The translations under genes and the position numbers were made by a program. Source: Ptychomitrium polyphyllum (lineage: Eukaryota). Taken from it: a stretch of DNA of 64,000 bases. A model generated the notes under the pieces. That model worked only from the letters and a program-made list of their open reading frames with translations. It did not search any database and was not told the origin of the DNA. The first letter of the stretch is position 1. Every line of letters begins with the position of its first letter. Below, piece after piece: positions 38,591 through 51,915 of the stretch. The DNA lies in NCBI GenBank assembly GCA_973851085.1, contig OZ316776.1, positions 992,001 through 1,056,000 on the forward strand. Direction: 5' to 3'.

Positions 38591-39692
38591 TCAATCAAAG
38601 CAAAATACCTAATTTCCTTGACACCTATCAGCTGCTTTTTCCCAAGGCGCCCTTTCTCTGCTCAAGATCAGCAATCTAAAAAGGCAGGGTCACTATGCTC
38701 CACCGTCATTCAACAGAGCTTCGCAACCACCCATGAAGTCTTCGAACAAAACGTGAAACATAACACAAGGACTAATCACACTTTCCTAGAACTAAACTTC
38801 AACGTCAGGCACTGAACAAGCCAAAATTGGAACCAAACGAGTAGAAATCTTTTGATGACGGACTTGGAGTCCAGCTCTGCACTTCATCAGACTAGGTAAA
38901 AGTTTGCCATAACTGAAAATTCAAACTTTTAGTGCAAATAAAAATGTAAAATGCGATAGCTGTATCAGATTATAAAGATGAGAACCCAATGCACATAAAC
39001 ACAATTTGTAAACCTGCACCTAAATCACATCCAACAATTCAAAAACTAACGATTCAGAATGTACCCATGTTAGAGAAGAGATTAAAGTAGAAAAAGAGTT
39101 ATACAATCCAATCTGAAAAACATCCAGGCAGCGAAAGGAGCAATCTTTACATGATCTCTCGCCATCACAAACTGGCTTTTCTGATCACAGAGAAGAATTG
39201 GCTCAGTTCAGGGATTAAGAAAAGTAGGACTTAGTGGCCTTGTTCTCACTGAGGAAGAAGTTCCCAAAAAAGTTCCTAGTGAACACCTAGTGCCCAGAAA
39301 GCTTCGCTGTCACCAGAAGCAGAAGAAGCACCAGCAAACAGAAAACAGAGTCAACTGCCAACAAAGTCTACTGTAATACCATCGTCAACTCTAACATAGA
39401 AGCTCATTGGCCACAATCTTAAACTGAACATATCAAGTAGTATAACTTAGTTGTTGTGAATGTCATTTTCTTCTAGAAACTCAAAAGAAGTAATAAGTTT
39501 GCACATTGCCAATTAGGCGCTTGCTTTCTTGTACCTACACGTTGTGTGGTACCATGCTGGACTCAGGTTGGTTGCCTCTTACACGTCGGGGTATGTCTTC
39601 AACCACTAATTCTGTTGCACAAGGTCATGCACTTTGTAATTAGAATTATATCAGGCAAAAATTATGGTCATATTGTGGTTAGAGCAGTAGAA

Positions 39693-42600
39693 TCATAACT
39701 TGGTAGTGTAGTTTTTGATACTTGGAAATGGAAGACCTACTGGATGATGTTGCTTGAAAAACTCTTGAATGATATACTCCTTCACGTTAATCCCTGGCTC
39801 AAAACTTGTGCCAGGTTGAGATTTCTTGTATGGCTGAAATCTCTTGCCGCTTCGGGATCTTTTTGGGTAAGGAGTAACACGTGCATATGTTCCTGGACAA
39901 TCTGAGCTGTAAAAAAACTTCCCTTCGTCACTCATTGGAGGCTGGAATCGAAAGTGGGAGCGGTATTGATGTTGTCTATTATCAAGGGCAATTGCATCCC
40001 CTTCAGAACCATAACCTCTCTCCAGGCCTTCCAATGCATTCTTCTCCTTCGGCTTGTTCTTTAGCAAGCGTGTAATCCCCAAACCTGGGGTTTTGCTTCC
40101 TGGTTTCCTGATGAAACTGAATCCAAACTCAATGGGAGCAGTATGCAATACCGTGAGATCACACCGGTCACCATCATGGAGTTTGTGATCTGCAACAAAA
40201 GTACCCCAACCTGTGGTTGTATGATCAATGTCTTTGAGTTCATGATTCCACTGGACTCTCCACTTCTTACCACGTTGGTTGCTCAATAGAACGTCCTTGG
40301 CGTGGCACTCTATAAGAAGCTTGCCCCACTTTGTAGCAAATGCTTTGTCCACCCAATACTACCACAAAAAGAAGAGTAGATTTGAAAACAAATAGTTAGA
40401 AACACAAAACCATGAAAACGACAAAAATACCAAGTTCATTGGGTTCAAACAACGTGAATCAGATGTAGATGTAATTGCTTACATATATGACAAGGGAATC
40501 TGTGGAAGTTTTCTCGATGGTAATAGATAATGGTGCAGTCCCACACACTATAGATGCATCATAATCCGCTCCTTCAGCAGCTTGAGGAAGTAACCCCAAA
40601 TGCTGCTCCAAAGTACAACCTGCCTTAACCTGTTGTACCATAAAACATGTCATCTAGGTTGCACGCACATTGCACATTAGCCACACCAGGCTACGCAGAT
40701 CAAAATATAGAACCAATGACCACTTTCAGTGATTAATCTGAGCAGTGAGCATGTAGCGGAGTAAAGTACTCATCCCAATCAATAAAGGACTCCCATCCCA
40801 ACACTCTTGGATCATCAGTGAACCTCGCAAGGATGTTCTCATGAAGTCACAACTGATTCCCAACTCCAAATTACGGAGAAGATCGTTCATTCTTATGATC
40901 TGTCGCAGAATATCATGAAACTGCGGTAAACCAGGTCGAATTTCATAGTACAGCATTCCAAAGCTGTACACATCAGTTTTCATGCGGCGAAAGTGAGTGT
41001 CAGATCCAGCGATCCATGCACATGACCTCCGAGAAAGTCAATTATGCCGCATAATTGACTTCTTGACAACGCCTGAAGGCTTGCATGCCGTCTGTCTTCC
41101 GAGCAGCAGGCAATGCGGACCACGAGAAGTGGTCGAGTCCCACTAGTCCTGCTCCTCATCTGGTGATTAATCAACAAGCTCTGCGATTCCTAGCTTTCCC
41201 AAGCATGAATATGTATCATAACGTTTCTCTTGTACTTGTTCCGTCACCAAGGCTCTACACAGCACCAACGTGTGCCATTTGATGTCATACAAAAGTTCCA
41301 AAAATATTTCTTTCAAGATGTTGTGATTGATTGCCACTTTCAAGCATTTGGGTGAGAACTTGGGGCTCCTGCAGTAGATGCTACTCGAGAAAATCCTCCA
41401 AAGCAGGAAGAAAATCCATGAAGCTCTTTTAATACAAACACATGAGCACAAAACCACAAAACAGGAAAGGGTAGAGTACTCACCCTCTTCTTGTGAGCTT
41501 GAACCTCCGGGGGGTCAGCTTCATCCACATCTGCATCAATGTGTTGTCGTTTATAGTGCATAGATTTTTCTGTTGGTATGTCTTCACAGTAGTTGATCTT
41601 GCGCAAAACTCCCGAGCCCAATCGTGTACGGTCAGGAGATCTAGGCCGAGGTAATGGCCTCTTGTTGTAACGGCGCTCCTTGAAGCATTTCTCCCCATAT
41701 GCATTGTTCATATATGTTGATTCTGAAGGCACTGAAGGCGCTGAAGGTGCAATTATTGAAGGTAAAGCAGCTGGGTGCATCACTGAAGGTGAAGCAGGCG
41801 GTGTCATCAACATTGGTGATGTTGGAGCTGCTGGAGCAATCGGCGCCATAGGAACACTAGGTGTTGGAGCTGAGGCCATGGGAGTTGGAGCCATGGGGAC
41901 TTCCAGTGTGAGACCTGGAGCAATGGGAGTTGAAGCCATGGGGCCTCCTAGTGTGAGAGCTAGGGCCATGGGATCTCGTAGTACGGGAATTGGGGCAATG
42001 GGAGCTTGGAGTATGGGAGTTGGAGCTATCGGAGCTCCAAGTACGGGAGCCGGGACTATGGGAGCTCCCAGTGTTGAAGCTGTAGGAGCACTGGGTATGA
42101 GAGTTGGGGTAATAGGAGCTCCAAATATGAATATGGGAGCTGGGGCTACGGAAACTCTAACCGCAGGATCACTGGTTATGGAAGTAGGACCTCTGTGTAT
42201 GGAAGTAGGACCACTGGGTATAGAAATAAAACCACTGGGTGTGGAAGTAGGACCTCTGGGTGTGGAAGTAGGACCACTGGGTATAGAAATAAAACCACTG
42301 GGTGTGGAAGTAGGACCTCTGGGTGTGGAAGTAGGACCACTGGGTATGGAAGTAAAACCTCTGGGTGTATAAGTAGGACCACTGGGTGTGGAAGTAGGAC
42401 CACTGGGTATGGAAGTAAAACCTCTGGGTGTATAAGTAGGACCACTGGGTATGGAAGTAGGACCGCTGGGTGTGGAAGTAGGACCACTGGGTGTGGAAGT
42501 AGGACCACTGGGTATGGAAGTAAAACCTCTGGGTGTATAAGTAGGACCACTGGGTGTGGAAGTAGGACCGCTGGGTGTGGAAGTAGGACCACTGGGTATG

Positions 42601-43660
42601 GAAGTAAAACCTCTAGGTGTGGAATTAGGACCTACGAGTGTGGAAGTAGGACCTATGGGTGTGGAAGTAGAACCTATGGGTGTGGAAGTAGGACCACTGG
42701 GTATGGAAGTAAAACCTCTGGGTGTGGAAGTAAAACCTCTGTGTATGGAAGTACGACCTCTGGGTGTGGAAGTAGAACCTCTGTGTATGGAAGTACGACC
42801 TCTGGGTGTGGAAGTAGAACCTCTGTGTATGGAAGTACGACCTCTGGGTGTGGATGTAGAACCTCTGTGTATGGAAGTACGACCTCTAGGTGTGGATGTA
42901 GAACCTCTGTGTATGGAAGTACGACCTCTGGGTGTGGAAGTAAAACCTCTGTGTATGGAAGTACGACCTCTGGTTGTGGAAGTAGGACCTCTGTGTATGG
43001 AAGTTGGGGCTGCAGGAGCTCTGGGCTCTGTAGGCGCATGAGCGCTAGTTATCGGAGCTTGGACCATAGCTGCTGGGACCGTAGAAGTTCCGAACACAGA
43101 AGCTTCGAGAGTAGGAGTTCTGGGTATGGAAACTGGTGTTATGACAGCTGGGACCATGGGAGCTATGTCTGAAGGCACAGCTAAAGCAGCTGTTGCTATC
43201 GCAAGCGTGCATTGGGTAGGTGCCATGGTCTCAATCTTTACAACTGGAGGAACGCCACTCCGATTAAAAAAAACACAAAGGTGGGACTTGACCTTACTGC
43301 TTACCTGGAAGCAGATCCTGTCATTAATTTTAACCTTGTGGTAGTCAAGAAAGTCTTCAAGACCATCAACGAAGATTCCATCACACTCGTTTGATGTACA
43401 AGTAATATCCTCCTTGTTCAGGCCAAATTTCTCAGAATTCCGTTCTCTGAATTCTTTTGGACAAATCTTCTGCACAAGTTTAATAGTAAAGAAAAAACAT
43501 GAGTGCTAGTGCTATTGCAGAAGCCAAATATCACAATGAAAACTTACACCGAGTGATCAAGCTTTAGTGTACATACCGATAATGCAAACCGATTACGGAG
43601 GTGCTTGGTCTTCACCTCCAATCAGAAGGAGGGTTCATCAGGTTTTTGCATTGCCGCCAT
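39693..43660 (-). CDS. B3-domain (REM-like) protein with two B3-type domains separated by a long Pro/Thr/Ser repeat. Exons 43660-43577, 43469-41484, 40629-40483, 40358-39693. In-frame TGA at codon 13 (possible pseudogene or downstream start)
   Basis: C-terminal B3: LSNQRGKKWRVQW...TTGWGTFVADHKLHDGDRCDL. N-terminal B3-like: DGLEDFLDYHKVKINDRICFQ. All four exons join in phase 0 at GT-AG sites. Confidence 0.75.
40726..41300 (-). pseudogene. Second protein-kinase remnant, lying inside the intron (40630-41483) of the B3 gene
   Basis: KTDVYSFGMLYYEI...LMIQECWDGSP (subdomains IX and XI); the upstream part is degenerate. Confidence 0.65.
42176..43003 (-). repeat. Coding 21-bp tandem array (~39 units) encoding heptapeptides such as PTSTPSG / FTSIPSG / RTSIHRG / STSTPRG
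   Basis: + strand unit ~ggaagtaggacc(a/t)ctgggtgt, with higher-order 42- and 63-bp groupings. Confidence 0.95.
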
Positions 43661-45832
43661 TGAACTTCTCTAGAAAAAAGAACCAAGTAAGAACTGGCTA
43701 GTTATTTAGCACAAACTTTATGCATAGGAATGAAAAAAAATTGTAAATTTCGTAAAAGGGAACTGGAGTTTCTCTAGAGTCTCACCTTGTGAAAAGCAGA
43801 CCCAACAACGTGTCAATAACTTCGTTAAAAACCAGTGGATGTTTTAGTCACTTTACACTTGCAGCTGCAAATTCCAGAAACACATGTACACCTGCAATGT
43901 TCAAAGGACAGGACCAATTCTCTGACTGCTTCGAACCAGAAAAAAAAAGTTTTCAACAAACTCAACTTTTTTGGATGGTGACAGATCGTGAATATCATAG
44001 TGACCCACTTTGGTTGATTGTGTTCCTAGAAACAAGAGTTTTTTTCTAATCAAGGAACAAGAACTACCAAAGTAGCTATACATAGTAATATTTTTTCGGA
44101 TATATATGCTTTGAATGGAACTATAAGTTTTGAAAACCGAAGACATTTCTGCACGGAAGGATATGTCATGACCCAAGCTCACATTCTACTACTCTATTCT
44201 TCCAGTCTCATTTTCTCGAACACGTAAAGCATGTGGTACTCAAGCTCCAGAAAGTTTCCTTGCACAAACATATACAAAGAAGAATCCTACGTAAATGAGA
44301 TTAACGTATTCTTCTACTTGACCCCTGCACTGATTATCTCTTGAAGCAAGTTTAGGCAAAATCTCCTGATCTGCTCGGAGTCCTAACTGAAAGTATCCAC
44401 AGTCATTAAACATTTATTTTTTGCATTAACATCCTCATCTAATCGGCATCTACACCAACTTCTGACTGAAAGAAATAAATACAGAAAATATCCTCTCATT
44501 AAACTGCTGAAGGTCGCAATCATTAAAAGAAAGAACAAGTCTTATAGACGTTCCCGTTTCTACAGGGCAGACGACCAAAAGATAAACTAAACGGATTTCC
44601 CTTAAACACGAACCCTCGCACAAATGGGGCACAATGTCAGAAAAGCCGCGCTCCACCTACTGCAACACACACCACCGCGACCAACCCTAACAAAACTCTC
44701 TAGGAAAACCTCCACTGCACTCACCCGGCACAATGCCCCCCTCCCGTACGAAACTCCCCGAATAGTCTGGAGGTCAGCACCTCGAGCTTCTCCTCACATC
44801 CCTTACTCCACCAAATAAGGCTAGGAAGGCCTCAAACCAAAAGCTGCGACTTGAGCAAGACATGAAAGGCAACGAACCTCAACCGGTGACGTTAGCGACG
44901 GAGTTGTCGATGGCGGCAACGATGTTGCCAACACACCAGCAGCAGCAGCGAATAGCAGGCTCTTAACTTCAGCCGTTTATTCGTGATTCTAGACGACTGC
45001 AATTATTGTCGAACTTACCAGAACTTTGGAAGCTAGCATCAAGAGAAATATCCAGAGTGAGTCACTAACTCCTGAGAATGACGTTGGCTGAGACGGAAGT
45101 GGAGACGTACAGTCTAGAGAGAGATTGCCGCCTGTAAAACAGTAAATCGTTTCTCAGGAAGTAGATGGAGATTACCTCCTTCGGCTCTATAGGTTTCTAA
45201 CGGAAACGGCTCTGAACCGAGGCCGAGTAAGAAGCTTACAGACATAAGATTCTTTCTCAATGCGCTTGCTAACTTAGCCTTCGAGCCAGGCTCGGTCGAT
45301 GTAAATGATTCTCAAGAGCTCCGCAACTTTCAGAGTGCAGTAATGCTCCAGCCAGCCAGTTCGCTCGCTACGCGTATGCTTCTATTCCAAAACGAAAGTG
45401 TGTGAGTTCCACTAATTTTCCAGCCCTCCTTTATCACCTCCTGTAGGGCAACCCTGGCGATGGCAGAGAAGAGTGTAGACCGCAGTGGCCAAGCAGCCCA
45501 GCAGTAAGGACGTTGATAGAGACGGCCACGACGCGTCTGAAAATCAATAGCAATGAGCGTATTTGGTCTATTAAAATGCTATCTATCAAAAGCGAACTTT
45601 TGACTGATCGAAATCTAAACAGGGCGTAGATGATGTCGGTGGTGTGTTTTTTCTCTTACTCACAGCTATTCAAACGTAGTTCTCTCAGTTTTCAAGGCTA
45701 TCCAGAACAAATTTCTCTGGCATTCGAACCAGAATAATGATAGCATCAAAACTCCATGGTAGAGCATTTTCAAGTTTAAATTCGTCATACAAGTTCGATG
45801 TTACGAAAAATGCCATTTGATTTTTCACGAAA

Positions 45833-45889
45833 AAAATTCCTAAATTTTCGGAAAATTCCTAAATTTTCGGAAAATTCCTAAATTTTCGG
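45833..45889. repeat. 19-bp tandem repeat x3 (aaaattcctaaattttcgg)
   Basis: Three exact copies are visible. Confidence 0.9.
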
Positions 45890-46060
45890 AACGTGCAGTT
45901 ATGGTCATTTTGCCGTTCCTGTTAAAATGGCGCTTATCACACAAAGTGTACATCGAAGAGTGCTGGAAGGAACCTACACAACATTTATAATGTTCAGTTG
46001 TTGCAAATATTCTCAAACTATGGGGCTCCATTGAGTTGTGTTTGCATGGGCATGGACTTC

Positions 46061-46114
46061 CTCTGCATGGTTCTGCATGGTTCTGCATGGTTCTGCATGG
46101 TTCTGCATGGTTCT
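46061..46114. repeat. 10-bp tandem repeat x5 (ttctgcatgg)
   Basis: Five consecutive copies, each containing TGCATG. Confidence 0.9.
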
Positions 46115-46399
46115 CGTAATTGATTTTGGAAGGAAGGGTGGAGATTGATCATGGAGAGGTCGTCAGAAAGGATGGCCATCGCAGTGACATGGCACTGACA
46201 GTGGATAGTGAATGATGCGTGGTGATGTACTATGGTATATACAGACGTTTTAATGAAGTCAACGAGCAGAATCTTTTCTGTAACTTTGCATGTGAGGCAC
46301 GTGTCAGCACATGACAGTATAGAGGGGGACGGTGAGTACTTGAAGGATGAGGTAGTTTTAAAATGCATGAGAAGAATCTAGTTTTTTTCTCTTTCTTTT

Positions 46400-49300
46400 A
46401 AATCCGTTATACCAGTTAACCAGCTATCCATTTCACATTCTTGTGGAAATTGATTAAAATTAGCATTAAAATCTCACCTTTCTAAATACCTTCTAAAGTA
46501 GTAGTACCATCATTCAAAGGTCTAATTTTATTATGAAATCCTTCTTTAATTGAAGTTTGAGCACCAAATCATCATACTAAACTCATACCTTTATGCATTC
46601 ACTTCTATTTACGTTTATTATAACTTATTAGTAATTTCCCAAAATTTCCCGTTTTCTTAGGCGAAGGTGAATTGCTTGAAATCTTGAGGTATATTATTTA
46701 TGAAAAGTATTTTGAACATGAGCCAATTTAATTGACAATTAGTGTATTATTTTTAAGTAAATTTCTAAATTTTGTATAAATATGTTCACATATTTATATA
46801 CAAAATTGAAGGTGACAAAAATATACTTTGTAGTTCAATTATAAAAAAACTTACAATTTGAACGTTCTAGAATTTCTTATAAAAAATCAAAGTTATATAA
46901 TAAGCACCTATTTGCAACATACTTTAAAAAGGTGTACCTTTGAAACTACATATCTATCAAATACAAAAACTTTGGTAGAAAATACATAGGTTTTATATAA
47001 TGTTATTGGCCTAATAAAATAATATTATACTGAAGGCTTTACATAGTATATATACCACACAAGCTACATATGAAGAATTTTAACTCAAACATTTTTATAT
47101 AAGAAATGTAAGTATACAAAACGATTAAGAAATCCAAAAGATAAGAAAATGTATGTACATAAGGATTCAAAGATAATATATATACATGAAAAAAAAAACA
47201 AAATTATCTTTGTATTTTGTAGAAATTTCTCTTTATATTGTTAAGAAATTGTATCTTTTAAAGAAATATAGAATGAGATATACAAAAATGGTATATTTTG
47301 AACTTCAAAATATCTCATAAATTGAAAAAATAGACGAGACCAATTCTTTTATTATTCCAAATCAATATTCTTTTTTGTATATTTTTCAAAATTTTAGAAT
47401 AATTTCACTAAAATCAACATTTTTATTGTTAATTTTGATTTTGATAAAGTTTTTCATTAAAGATTTATGATTATTCATTCAAATTCAAAAAGATTATTAT
47501 TATTAAATTTATTGTCTTATTTATTCATTTAATATCTTTTGTGCAAATTATTGTTTTTAAAATATAAATGTTATTTGCAACATATCTAGAATACATTAAA
47601 ATAATTATAATACTTAAATATATACACTCATTTAATGCTATGGTAGTCCTTAGGGTTGTATAATTATTGATTACTAAAAAATAAAATGAATCTTATATTT
47701 TATTGCACATAATATTATATTTTTTTAAGTAATGATATTTCTGAACCTTCATATATGAAAATTTTACTTATATATCAACAAAACACTCAAGCTTTATTTT
47801 AATTAAGCTAAATATAATTTAATTCAATTAGATTAAGTTTTTCAAATCTAAAAGGTCAATAGTATAATGTAATCTTTTATTGAATAAATAATTTCAAAAT
47901 AATTTTTGAGCAAGTATTTTATTCTGTTGTTTTAAAAGAAAATACGTTTAGATTTCTTTTGATATATTAAGGTAAAATCAAATAACTGAAAATTTAATAT
48001 ATTTTAGCATAAAATTTGATGGTAATAGTATTTAATATGATAAAGTCTTTCTTGCAATTTATACTTTCTTTGTTTAATTATTTGTGATTAATTTTAAACA
48101 ATAAATTTACTATTTTCTGATTAATAAATTTTACATGTCTTTATAATTTAAAGGTGATTTTATAAAAGCTATAAAAAATTAAGACAGGCATAAGATATGA
48201 TAAAACATTGATTTTCTATTAATTGATTATTTTCAATTTAACAAGATCAAGGTTTTGTAAAAGATGTAATTTTTTCTTTAGAAAAATGACATAGAAATTA
48301 TATTTGGCAATTAAATTTTTCTAAATTTATAATGGTGTAATCCAAGGAATTTATTTAATGCAATTTTATAACTTCAAAAAATTAAAATTCCTAATCTAAA
48401 AAGGTAAATTTATAATACCAAACTTCATGGTTGCATGATGATGTTTTTATAAAATCTTCAAGTTATTTCTTACATTTGGATAATGGATTTATTAAGTGCA
48501 ATGTTATTTCGTAGAACTAAATATGAAAATACTGAGATAATTTTTTAATATCAAACTGATATGAAATAAATTACAAAAATGCATAATATACAAGACAATT
48601 TCAACTAATAATCAAATTTAAATATAGCCATAAAATAATTAAAGGTCTAATATGTATTGTGCCATAAAATAATTAAAAGCCTAATATGTATTGTGTTGAT
48701 TTAAAACAAAAAAATTATTGCAAAAATCTAATTGGTGAAACTTTTGAGCCTTAGAAAAACTACAATTAATATATAATAATTTTTATACATTAAAATTGGA
48801 TAAGAGTATTCTTTTTTGTACAACTTAATTATATTATAATCATTTTAAATGGTACTAAGTGCAATTCAAAGGAAATTCCATTAAACTTAAATTTTTATTT
48901 AAAAAACATTAAAAATATGGTTATAATTATTTAAATTCATAATTTATAGTATTTTAAGATTAACCATATTATTTAAGGAATCTATTTAGAAATTCATAAA
49001 AAATTCTTTAAATTAAGGAATAACATATCTTTAATATTTTTGAAGATTTTTCTTTATTAATTTTTAATAATCAAAATTCCTAAGAAATGATTAAAATACC
49101 TTTGAATATAAAACATAATAGTTAAAAAAATTATTATACAAATATTATGTAATTCATTACAATTTTTGATTAAAAATATTCCTAATGTATGTCATAATCC
49201 TTTAAAATAAACCTTATTAAAAAAATAATTACAAAACATAAGAAGAATGGTTGCTTTTAAATATGGCAATATTATACACAATTGAACTTTTATAAATATA

Positions 49301-51900
49301 AGCATTGTTTACTAATCACAATGTATAATATTAAATAGTAAATAATAATATTTTGATTATTTTAGCATGATATATATATATTTATTGATTTTAATTAGAA
49401 CATCCAGTTCAAAAGGCTTTTAGAAATTAAATATTTATTGTTATTTTAGAGACTTATCTTATTCTAATTACCTAAAAATTGTGAAATTATAAATTACTAA
49501 AGTTTCAAAAGTCTTTTCATATCTAAAATTTAATGATAAAATTATACTTAATTAATAACTTTCTTTACAATAGAATTCATTAAAATCTAATATAAAGCTA
49601 TTAATTCTTTAATTGAATTCTTCAATTTATTTGTTGAATTTAAAGTATTCTTTACAAAAAAAAATTAAATTAAAATATATTTATAATATGAAGTGATATT
49701 TTTTTTATCAATAATTTAATATATATGTTTTTAAGAAATAATTTTGTATAATTGTAAAATTTATGAAACTTGAAATTTTGAAAGAATTGATATACAATCA
49801 TGTATTGTAAATCTTGAATTTAATTGATTGTTAATAATATGTAAATTTAAAAAAATTTGTAGTTCATATATTAATTTCTTATACATCAATATACCACTTT
49901 AAATGCCTTATTTACTTACTATTTTTTTGGTTTATATAACAACAATTAGGTTTTAATTCTAACATTTTATGACCATCATGTATTTTATATAATGGATTTG
50001 ATTTGTAAATCTATTTTTCATTTTTTCTTAGAAATTTTACATAATATTAATTATTTATTTTTTATTTTTTAACATAAATATTACTTATTTATTTTAAATA
50101 AAACAATTCACATTTAATATCATACTAAATATTATAATTGTTGTAAATTTTAAACATTAAATTTAATTTATATAAATTTACTTGTATTCAATGGAATGAA
50201 GGCGCTTATTTATTAGTATTATAATAATAAACGTATTATTGCTGAAATGATGGACAATGAATTGAAGCCATTCAAATCATATTGATTTTTATTTACAAAA
50301 ACTATCTGTTTTTGTATAAACAACTATAAATGTAATACAATATCTTAATGAAATCTTCTTTATTTCATTACATCTTTGAATTATGTTTGTTGTTTTTTAG
50401 ATATTAATTAACTTTTAACACTTTATTATATCTCAATCTAAAATTGTAGTATGTTATAAATAAAATTATAATAATTTTAGAAAAAAACCTTTTCATATCT
50501 GATTAAAATTATACAATATAAGTATTTTTTTTAATGATGTATATATTTTGTCTTTTCATTTGAATACTTTTAGATTACCAAATGACAACTTAAATATTTT
50601 CAAAAGATTTTTTTGTAAGTTTCACTTTTATATGTTCTTTTATAAAGATAAAATATTTAACTTAAAAATGTAAAATAATAAACTTATATTATACATTCAT
50701 ACACTAATATGCTTTGTGTTAATAGTACAACCATAGCAGCAACCATTTTACAATCCAAATTTGTAAAAACTTTGTACTTTGTATTTTATTATTTATTTTT
50801 TATATCTTTTCAATTATAAATATTTTGAAATCCAATATCTGCCACATTGTAATTTTTAAGCTTACAAACTTTTAATGTGTGTTTTTCCTTATTGAATTTT
50901 TTTTAATAAGAATAAAAATATTTGAATTAATTTTAGAAGGTACAAGAATTAAAACATTACTATAACCATACAAATTATTACAAACATGTAAACCTCATTT
51001 TTAAATATAAATTATAAACCATCTAAAAGATCAATTTAAGCATATTCACAAGTATTAAATGAACTAATGGTCAAATCAATAGTAACATTTAAAATTAGCA
51101 AGAAGAACAAAATAAACTTTATAAATATAAAATCAAACATCACCTTTAAATTCATTATTATTAATGAATATAAGATAAAACATATTTTTTCATGTGTGAT
51201 AGATAACATGTCTTTATTACATTTTGTAAAATTTTACTAACTTTCATAAAAAATAAGAATTAACATGATTTTCTTCATAATTTTATTAAAATCATCACCA
51301 AAATTAGATTCAAAAGATCCTAAGGTTTTTATTGCACTTACAAATCATAGTGCAAAACATCTTAAACGATGAGAATTAATGCCTTATTAGAATTAATCAA
51401 AAAAATTTCCATTGTATGCAAAATTAAACTTGTAAATGATATAAAAAAATCATAATAGGAAAATTTAAATTTTTTATCAAATAGTAAAAATTTTAACTTT
51501 TATAACTTCATTGTTTAAATTAAACAAATATGCACTTAATGTCTTTTTCATGGTTAAAACTAAATATATACTTACAAGATCTTTTTTATTTCTTAAATAT
51601 AATTAAAGTCTCTTATAAATTCTAAAAACATTTAGTATATTTAAACCAAATATGAAGATGTAATAAATAACCCCTAAACAATCATTCTTTTTAAATTCTA
51701 GATGAAAAACATCCATTTTTGCATATTGAATAAGAAAAAATGTAAACAAGCATTGCCATTTAAAAGGGTTAATACATGGCTTCATTTGTATATTAGTTTG
51801 TAAATGCAAATTATTGTATTTCAAAGGCTTTGTTTACTTCAAACAACATCATGCAACTTTATATATGCATATTATATACTTAAGCTTTTTAAACCAATAT
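46400..51900. other. Extremely AT-rich, CpG-depleted decayed tract of unidentified origin
   Basis: Almost no ORF >60 aa in 5.5 kb and very few CG dinucleotides. Confidence 0.6.
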
Positions 51901-51915
51901 AAGACTACTACCATG

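Noticed and set aside
42176..43003. CRISPR-like array
   Set aside because: Contiguous tandem units with no unique spacers, in a eukaryotic coding context with no cas genes.
41680..43172. Plus-strand ORFs with GVEVGPL / GCGSRTT repeats
   Set aside because: Alternative frames of the 21-bp array; only the minus frame links to B3 domains through splice sites.
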